A DNA stretch of 59,188 nt, filler included, from Sphacelaria rigidula (Eukaryota), in NCBI GenBank assembly GCA_964200075.2. It is 6 parts of 6 records of this genome, joined end to end, with 100 filler letters (N's around TTAATTAATTAA, not from the genome) between each part and the next. Parts side by side here need not be neighbours in the genome. Positions count along the whole stretch, not along the records: positions 49,410 to 59,188 come from CAXNAA020007780.1; 5 more parts are not named here. One strand, given 5' to 3'. Each line of letters starts with the position of its first letter. Position 1 is the first letter of the stretch. Both the position numbers and the translations under genes were made by a program. The notes under the pieces were generated by a model. That model did not search any database. It worked only from the letters and a program-made list of their open reading frames with translations, and was not told where the DNA came from. Below, in pieces: positions 50,868 to 59,188 of the stretch.

Positions 50868-52093
50868 TCCCACTAGACTAGTGCAAAATCTAGTACACAA
50901 AGAGCATTGCTGATAGTACCGCGACTAGTTTAGGCGCCGTGCTCGTCCTTTGAGGATCTTTCATTTTACGAAAAGGCGGGAAGGGCACGGCATGGGTGTA
51001 ATTCGTGCGCAAAAGACACAGCACGGGCACGTTGCACCTCAACTCCCACCGGCGGGGTATTGTCATCTCCTGTTTTTAGAGCTTTTTAGAGCTCACGTCA
51101 CATTAGCTCAATTCCCTGAGAACATGAGTTCTTTCTCTCCGACCCGTGTCACAGGGTGCAAGGAATTTACCACCCATGACCATAAAAGCAAGAGTTGCCA
51201 GAGGATGCCTTCACACAAAAACGGTAAAGTACATGAAAAGAACGAGCCCGCAAAAACCGACCGAACTACAAGGGGCATACTGCAAGCTGACAAATTACCG
51301 GCGTGCGATCTAGACGACCAATTTTCTACCTACTGCTGTATGTACATGTAGAAACAGCAAACGCAGGAATCGACATGTCGCAGGCAGCGAGAACCATCCC
51401 GTAATAGACCTAGTAATATTGGGAAAAGATCCCAGGTTCAAGGATATGAGGAAATAGCTTCATCGCCGAAGCATCAACTTCGCTCAACATCAACATCAAG
51501 TGACTTCATCACCCTAATATTAGTTCGATGTAACTACCCAGAGCTAATCCGAGTTCCAGAAACTCAGATCTTCCTGCCCTAGAAGCAGAAAATTCGAGAT
51601 GTATAGGAAAGAGTTTAAAACTAAGTCATATAGAAGTTAGGGCACTCCTGATCCCCCCCAATCTTGGCCCCCAAAAAGCACCGGGAAGAAGAGTTGATTT
51701 GACCACGTTACTGTACAGAAGACGACATAACGCCGAAATAACCGGAGCCCAATATGAGAAGAAACGATGCCGCTAAACAATCACAGACGCTGCCGGAAGC
51801 TGACATGGATGATGGGGAATGTGTGGGAGTCCGTCACGTTCTGACTGTAGGCATCTGGTTTTGGAACGCATCACGGTAGAAAGGAGGTGGGAAATGGGGC
51901 GAAGAAAAGGCACGTAAAGACGCGAACAAGCGTGCAGGCTGGAGATTGCACTGAGGGATGTTGAAAGCGAAAAGAAAGGCTGTCACCGATGAAAGCAAGC
52001 ATTAAAGGTGGGAGAGGGCAGCATGAAAATGGGACTATACATGGTGGAGAGGGGGATGAACGGGGAAAAGGAATGTGTAGTTGTGGTACTTAC

Positions 52094-52476
52094 CGTAAAC
52101 GGTGGTTCAGTTTCCAGCTCCGCTCCTGGTAGCCGTGGGTCGGGTACCCTGTCGGGTAGGACTACATTTTTCTTTTTTTCGGGTGGAGGGTCGGTTTTGT
52201 TTGGTGGCGTCACGGGGTCGCCTCCGGGAGGGGAGGGGGAATAAGTATTGGCTCGCGGTACTTTCCAAGGGGTCGAGTTGTCGTTTCTGGAGGCAAACGC
52301 CTCTTTCTCCTGCAACAAGTGCCGTTGGAAATCCGACAGGAGCTCGGTGGTATGGAGTGCTGACTCCGATGCCCACGGCACACGCAAAGCAGAGGAAGGG
52401 GACCTGTTTCCTGGCGCCCTTCGGGACTGGGTTTGTCTCCTGGGATACAGACACGTGGGTAGTGCACACAGCACAC
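52094..52476 (-). CDS. Probable internal exon of an unidentified gene
   Basis: ACAG acceptor, ACG|GTAAGT donor, 383 nt open (phase 1 to 0): VLCALPTCLYPRR...TELLSDFQRHLLQEKEAF...AELETEPPFT. Confidence 0.55.
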
Positions 52477-52997
52477 CTGTCGATGTTGAACGAATCGGGA
52501 GAAGGACGAAGGGACCGTTGCGAAAAGTTTAGCGAGGAAAGTACGGAAGGAAACATGGTTGTACCGTGAGCGAATACGTGACGAACAGGTGTTGAAAGCA
52601 ACGATGTCACGTAGGTGGAAAAGGAAGGAAGCGGGATAATAGGGTGCTTTCGGTTCTCACCTTACTCCTCGATGAACTTACGGTGGGAAAATCACCGGCT
52701 TGGTAGTAACTGTGGCATTATATACAGGCAAGTACAGCATGTAGGAGTGTGTTGTACTTCGAAGTACTGTGTCAACGGAAAGAAGGTGGGACGTCCCCTT
52801 CTAGCACTCTGTTCCCCATGTGTGTTGAATCGTGGGCTGGAAATGGGTGATGTCAACTCCTGCGGGAAAGTACACCGAACACATGCATTGAATGGGCTGG
52901 GAACTTGACCAGTTAATACTGTATATCTTCATTGTAACTGAAGTTAAACTGGAAATGGCTACGAGAGCGCCAGTTGTACATTTCATCTGGAGGTGTT

Positions 52998-54152
52998 GTG
53001 CCGCTTGTCGTTACCAAGAATTTTTCCATTAGTTTTATCATGTGGATTTTATAACAAGGAAACACTTCATATAATTAGACTGTACGATTGAAGTTTGCAG
53101 TCCCCAGCAGCACAGGTACCACAAACTTCTTTGGTACCTAGTTCTGCAGTTTTTATCTATCGACGACAGCGGGTCGGTCGACGGTTGGTCAGTCGAATGA
53201 GGAAAACAGAGAAATGAAGAAGTGTGACTTCGTTATGGTGGGACGCTTGATGCGGAAGTGTCGAACGCCAAATCCCAATTGCCCATTGCATGAAGAGCGT
53301 TCTGAACATGATGTAGGACATACCCACTACACCTCGATGATATAGCAGATATACTACTACCGCTACACCCGGCGGTCCGCGTTATCGTGAACCCGGCGAG
53401 CCGCCAACTCGGCATCACTGTGCATATTATGTGGCACCAACAAACAAAGTGGTGCCACGGCAATGTATTATGTTGAGTGACCGTGAAGGGGAAGACATGT
53501 TACGTGGACATGACGAGTACGTGTTACCTCTCTCTTTGGGTGGATGACTGACTTGTGGAGCATTTGAAACAAATCGATGCCGTGGCATTAGATTTTAATC
53601 AGGCCGTGTCTTAAAAAAAAAATCGACTCGAAAACCTGCGGTCGGATCGAACTGATCGATATGAGGCCGTATCAGATACGTCCACGGCATTCATGTTCTC
53701 AGATCGCTTTAAGTCCATTTTATAATTAGCTGCGCGCGACGGGCATGGTCAAAAACATGAAAGCTTAGCTTTTTCGAGCGAAACAGAGCGGCGGAGTGAA
53801 CGAATCGGGACGTGACCCCTGTGTTGCAGACAACCGTGCCAGTTGTTGTTACTGAGTATTTTTATATCAGTTTTATTATGGGGAGTTTTATAACAAAGAT
53901 TTACTACATATGATTAGACCGTACGATTGAAGTTTGCAGTCTACAGCAGCACAGGTACCACAAACTTCGTTGGTACCTAGTTCTGCAGTTTTCATCTATC
54001 GACGACAGCGGGTCGGTCGACGGTTGGTCAGTCGAATGAGGAAAACGAAATAAAGAAGTGTTACTCGATTACGGTGGGACGCTTGATGCGGAAGTGTCGA
54101 ACGCCAAATCCCAATTGCCCATTGCATGAAGAGCGTTCTGATCATGATGTAG
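52998..54152 (+). repeat. ~320-bp direct duplication (52998-53315 and 53835-54152) around a ~520-bp spacer
   Basis: Long near-identical blocks, e.g. GTACGATTGAAGTTTGCAG...CGACGACAGCGGGTCGGTCGACGGTTGGTCAGTCGAATGAGGAAAAC...GCCCATTGCATGAAGAGCGTTCTGA. Confidence 0.92.
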
Positions 54153-54952
54153 TACAGATATGTACATAATCCGAGAAAAAATAACGGTGACCGGCGATCA
54201 CAAAATACACAAGCATTTTATTCAACGAGCCCGGTGATAATTTGCGCTCTTTGTCCCAAGGTACCGCCAGCCTTGGCATACTTGTTCCCATCTTCAGGTC
54301 CTCATGGACAGTCTCTGCTACTGCATACTACAGATTGATGATTTTCGAATCGCTTACCACGTTCGGACACATTTTCGAGCAGTACAAGCCTCTTAGCAGC
54401 TCAATGCGAGTGGTTGCATTTTTTACAACTATTCACGATTTTTGCAGGGAAAATAGGTCAAACACCGTAAGTTTCTGCCTCGGGCGGCGCTCCTGCGCGG
54501 CACCCCCCACCAGCCGGGAGGGGCGACTAACTGGAAAAAAATCGATGTACCGGCAACTGGCGCGGCCAGTTCCGACCGAACTGGACAGAGCTAGCTGATC
54601 GTTGACAGCCCTGAAAATGACGCTGTATTTTTCGTAGGGTTAGGGTGTGTTCGGTTGGGTATGAGAGTCTTCACAAATCTTACAGAACTGACGAGTACCG
54701 GGATGAACTTCATACTTCGAGAAGTATAAATATTCCATTTTCACAAGAGGGGCATCGTGGAGGATCAGAGCGTAGCGGGATCTGAGTGTGGATCGGGACG
54801 AATTTTTACAAAATGCAACTTTTAGCCAGCCAGAGTGCAGTCAAGTACTAATCCGATTATGCACAGCCGGGTTTACATCACTGTTCCGGTCGACGGAGGA
54901 AAGAACGAAACAGCTGCCACTTGGCTGCCATGATAATTTAGATAAAACCTAC

Positions 54953-55212
54953 CACGGTTCGGACGAATCATTGCCGGTTCGAATAGCCAAACCCACGATT
55001 TCTTCGGCCTGATTGCTCGAAAGAGAGAAAAAAAAGTCGACCGCTGGTCAAACAGGTCTCCACGCAACGTTTGCGCCATTTCACGCGCCTGGGCTGCGTG
55101 TACCTGGCTTGCAACGCTGAATACAAAGCCTAAGGATTGATTCGTACGGTACGGATCAATATCACTAAAATCAAGTAATTTTCAGACTAATTATCAATTC
55201 ATCCAACCCTGG
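54953..55212. mobile_element. hAT-type MITE (family C)
   Basis: TSD AAACCTAC/GAACCTAC; left TIR CACGGTTCGGACGAAT; body homologous to the other two copies. Confidence 0.88.
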
Positions 55213-55646
55213 GAACCTACAGACAGTGCAGTGCAGTGCAGGAAGACAGTACAGTAGTACACAATCGTTCAGTGTTCTCAACGAAGCACCTCCGGCTTCT
55301 CCTCGGTGTTTGTAATGGACACTCACACAGTGGGAGAGTACACTCCGCATACAACACACACACTTGGCTGTAGGCTTAGGAGGGGGAAGCCAGGAGAGAG
55401 AGAGGAAGGCAGAGACAGCAACACACAGTAGGTCACAGCAACAACAGCAGGCCCCAGACGCCTTGCCCTGAGTTGCCGACGTAAAATATGCACCAGAGGG
55501 AAGGCACCCTCAGTACACACTACACGAACTCTTGGCTGTATACTGAGAAGAGGCGAGGCAGGCAAGACAGGAGAGAGACCAACACAGACAGCGACGACCA
55601 AAGTGGATGCGAACTTCTTGCGGATTTTGACTACAGTCAGGCTCAC

Positions 55647-55674
55647 CTTCTTGCCGATTTTCAGGTCGCTCCAT
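55647..55674 (-). CDS. Candidate upstream exon of the 52094-52476 gene (may extend further 5')
   Basis: MERPENRQE-G then AAG|GTGAGC donor in phase 1, compatible with the exon at 52476. Confidence 0.3.
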
Positions 55675-55994
55675 ACTTGTTATCCGACGTATCCGATCTC
55701 CGGGCAAAACTTCACGACGTGACGACCCGATTTGACTTCGCTCGTAGTAGGGAAAGGAGCGAAGAGTGAACGTCTCTACCACCCTCGTACTCTTCGATGA
55801 GGGGATCCCGTACGCTCGCCGTTTGTCCACATGGAAACCGAGATCAATTCAGATCGGTCGCGTGTCCGATGGCCGATAGCTCGTTCTTGAGATGCCCCCG
55901 GAATGATCGGGTCGGTGTAAGGGGGTGAAAGTCGTCAGGTACTCTGACATCACCTCCACCTCAGCTACGGACGGCGTCGACACGCACAAGCAAA

Positions 55995-56104
55995 GACAAC
56001 GAAAAAAGCAGCAATGAAGGCGAACCTTCTTGAGGGCGTCTAAAGTGATGACAACGAAGAAAGCAGCAATGAAGGTGAACCTTCTTGAGGGTGTTTAAAG
56101 TGAT
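55995..56104 (+). repeat. 55-bp tandem repeat x2
   Basis: GACAACGAA(A/G)AAAGCAGCAATGAAGG(C/T)GAACCTTCTTGAGGG(C/T)GT(C/T)TAAAGTGAT twice; a degenerate third copy lies near 56281. Confidence 0.88.
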
Positions 56105-57260
56105 TCGGAGAGTCGGTTGCTGCGTGTGATGCCTCCAACTTCCAAAAGTGCCTCGTTTGAAGTTGCGACAGTCAAGCCTAAGAAGTTCAATCAAGACTCG
56201 CTCTGGTCAAAAAGGGTCGAAATGGGGGTGTACATGTGTGCGGCCAGAGACAGAAGCGAAACACAACGCCATGAGCACCGATGAAGCTGAAACTTGTTGA
56301 GGGCGTCTCGATTGATGTTAAAAGAGCGATGGGATGGTTGTTTGGCGCAGCGCGGCTTCGAATCCATTCGGGAAAAAAAGTGCGTGGTTCGGAGCTTCAT
56401 AATGAGACCCGGACGGACGGGCGGACGGACGGACACTTTTTTAATTTCGGTTCAGTAGAAGCCTTTTCAGCCCCAAGGGCCTCAAAGCAATACCACAAAA
56501 TTGAGCTCTAGTGGGGCATCAACGCTTTCTGTGTCTCTTTCATTAAATGCTCGTGGTCTCACACGTTGATCAGAGCAGGACGAATGGCGTACTTGTTACA
56601 CACGAAGCAGCATTGCGTGATCTGGCGCTCATTTCTCACTACAGCGGAAACGATGTAGCTACATGTAGCGGATAAGAGATGGTAGATCGGGCTGCACACC
56701 TTGCGGTTGCTCTACCGCAACGTCTCTTTTCTACACCCGCAATACGCGCATACTGCGGAAAAGCAACCAACACACAAAAGCAAGTTGGTTCTACTGCTGT
56801 AGTGGCTCATTTAGACGGACAGTTTGCTTTCTTAAGGTACCTTGGGTTGGAGTCTCCCATGTCCCACGCGACCCTGTATGATGTGTGTTGTTTCTTGGCT
56901 GTTGTGAGAGGTGTGGGAGGTGTGGGTACATTTCAGAATAGACGGGGGCCCGGGGTGGTAGCTGAAATTACCACTTTGCCCACATTCTTGAAAAGTGAGA
57001 CCAGACATCGAAAATTTAAGAGAGAACCGAAACTCGATACTCGATATGATTCGAATTGACAACTATCGGCTTTTCAGCCGGCGATTTCGATTCAGAGAAT
57101 CACCGATTTAAATCACGAACGTTTTCGCAATTCGATACCGATCGTTAACATTGATTTCAGCACCGGGCCTCGTTTCGGTACAATATTTTGGCTGACAGTC
57201 TCGCGGGAAACTGCTGGTGAAACCATGTACTGTACTAAAAACGGTTGTGACAAAGTGTGA

Positions 57261-57442
57261 AGTACAGACAGCTGTATCGTCTGCATACAGTAAGACATGA
57301 AAAATATTTGAACAGCGTCCAATACAGACAGTGTAGTACTGTCTATGCTGTCTGCATACAGGTCGATGTAAGGAGGAGTTTACCAACGTGCTGTACAGAC
57401 AGGACAGTACTCTGTGCTATCTGCATACAGTAGGATGTAAAA
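57261..57442 (+). repeat. Degenerate ~60-70-bp tandem repeat x3
   Basis: TACAGACAG...TCTGCATACAG... recurs at about 57263, 57323 and 57394. Confidence 0.65.
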
Positions 57443-57790
57443 CTGATTCATGGTGCCTCCATAGAATACGTGAGGGCTAACGTGAAGGACTTAGGGGCCG
57501 TATTCGGATTGCATTGAAGTACGAATGGGATTATGCGTAGTCGGACACACATCATTGTTGCGATCGCCCGAGGAAAGGAAGAAACAGCTGTCCAGTGTTG
57601 TGACAAAAAAAAAGGACAAGAGTATGTCGGCAAGTACCTCGTGGAAAAGCGCTGTATAGTGTATCGGCTGACAGCACCCGCATTCGTGGCCAAGAAATGT
57701 TTTCGGTGATTGGGGATCATGTTTCGGTTCGATATTTTCGGTGAATACTGCCACGTATGCAGACAGAGACTCTCAGAGGCACAAACTCAA

Positions 57791-57929
57791 CCCTTTGGGA
57801 ACGCAAGTGCTGATTTTTGTTTTGTGAATCTTTGTGAATCGGCATCATTTTGACTTGAAAATGACTGAAAATGATGCCGATTCACCAAAACAAAAATCAG
57901 CACTCCCTGGGGGTCTAGTTCCCAAAGGG
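57791..57929. mobile_element. piggyBac-type MITE (family A)
   Basis: TIR CCCTTTGGGAAC / GTTCCCAAAGGG, flanks TCAA/TTAA; closely similar to 39816-39954. Confidence 0.88.
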
Positions 57930-58905
57930 TTAAGCCCCACAGTACCATCAATACACAGCATACAGCAGTAGCACAGCAGGTGCACAGTACCACTGTACTG
58001 ACTGTGGCGTTGGTTTGCTTTGCTGGCGTAGTTGTGATCTGGGCTTGGCGCTGCTGCTGCTGCTGCTGACGTTTTGCCCTACAATGAAATGTGGCCTGTG
58101 GCTGAAGACTTGAAATGACAGTGCAACGCACGCCTCCGAGCTCCGAGTAAGACTACCAGCTACTCCGCTTGCAGCGAAGAGCCAGAGTGTCAGAGGATAT
58201 CAAGCAGTTGAGAATTGAGAATTATTGTCAGAGTTGTGCAGAAGTGTATCGTGTTCGCATTGACAATCAATAATATCTGTGCAAATGTGCTGGTGCCAAA
58301 AAGTGCACAATGCGGTCGTCGTTTGAAGTACGTGGGCGCCGCAGCATGTCATAATCTCGTCAAGGTTTCAGGTGTTTCGAGCACTATCTTGGCTATTTTG
58401 ATCATTGCGCCAGCGTATTTCGTAGTTTTTATATCTGTAAGCACTCGACAAGCGCACAAGTAGAAACCTAGAATGTTTAACGTGTAGATTCTCAACCAAG
58501 TAGCGGTCTTCTCAATTCATGAATGTGGCCAACATCTGCACATAATTCATCTACGTTCATCTTTACTGTATTTTCTGCTAACATTCTGTCGAAGCGTAGG
58601 TTCAACACCGCCAAGTTTCAGTGGTGTGGTTTGGGCCACTGTTGATGAGAGATGAAACCAAGTAGCTCCAACATTTCTGCCTCCGACGGCGCTTCCGACG
58701 GCACTTCCGACGAGGCCTCCGCGCCAGCCGGAGGGAGCCGATTGGGGCTCGCACAGTGAGCCCCTTCGCATTCGCTCGGTCGCTCACTGTGCTGGCCCCC
58801 TCGCAGGAATATTTGTATCGATATCGATATGGATAGCTTCGCGACCGATACCGTATCGATCCGATTATTGATTCGGTACACAACAATATTGAATGATGCC
58901 GCGAT

Positions 58906-59164
58906 ACTTCCCCCCCCCTGGTCCGGCGAGAACCCGGCGAGCTCCGTCCCGGCTTTGTAGGGGCGGATCCCCAATGGGGTTAGCGTCGGTTGGCGATGGC
59001 GCTATAAAACACGCCACTCACTGCGTAAGCTAGGCAATCAGGTTACCAATGTTTTTGCGCGCTTGCGTTCGTTTGCGGTAAACATGATAGTAGTCCAGCT
59101 AGGTCATGTTGTGCGGCATGGGAGAACCTCAACTCCGCACAATGGGGATGATCGTACTACGTAG
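58906..59164 (+). repeat. Interspersed repeat family D, uninterrupted copy (possibly Helitron-like)
   Basis: Reverse-complement match to 39530-40088 minus the two MITEs; poly-C at one end and a TTGTGCGG...CCGCACAA hairpin near the other. Confidence 0.8.
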
Positions 59165-59188
59165 TGTTTAAATGGTGAGACACCCATG

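Noticed and set aside
54636..54647. Telomeric TTAGGG repeat
   Set aside because: Only about two units, internal; consistent with chance.

Overview
Not one locus but six unrelated ~9.8-kb eukaryotic contigs in descending size order (1-9783, 9884-19666, 19767-29548, 29649-39429, 39530-49309, 49410-59188). They are joined by artificial 100-nt linkers (N44-TTAATTAATTAA-N44, stops in all six frames). Long GT-AG introns, short exons, a heterokont ASAFAP-type plastid presequence and the repeat content suggest a brown alga or related photosynthetic stramenopile (inference). Manual splicing gives: (1) a complete 4-exon, 222-aa, probably plastid-targeted RRM protein on contig 1 (minus); (2) four internal exons of an LSM14/RAP55/Scd6-family gene (Lsm domain plus FDF motif) on contig 2; (3) on contig 4, exon 1 of a TKL-like protein kinase starting MGCxxS, head-to-head with a phase-consistent multi-exon gene whose last visible exon is LRR-like; (4) several orphan exons. 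The rest is non-autonomous mobile DNA: hAT-type MITEs with 8-bp TSDs, piggyBac-type MITEs with TTAA, a Stowaway-like MITE, a Harbinger-like element, tRNA-headed SINEs, a 190-bp-arm foldback and local duplications. Most ORFs in the six-frame track are spurious. I see no convincing new biological system; the best leads are the plastid RRM protein, the divergent kinase/LRR pair, the long hairpin and a nested-insertion record with a matching empty site.
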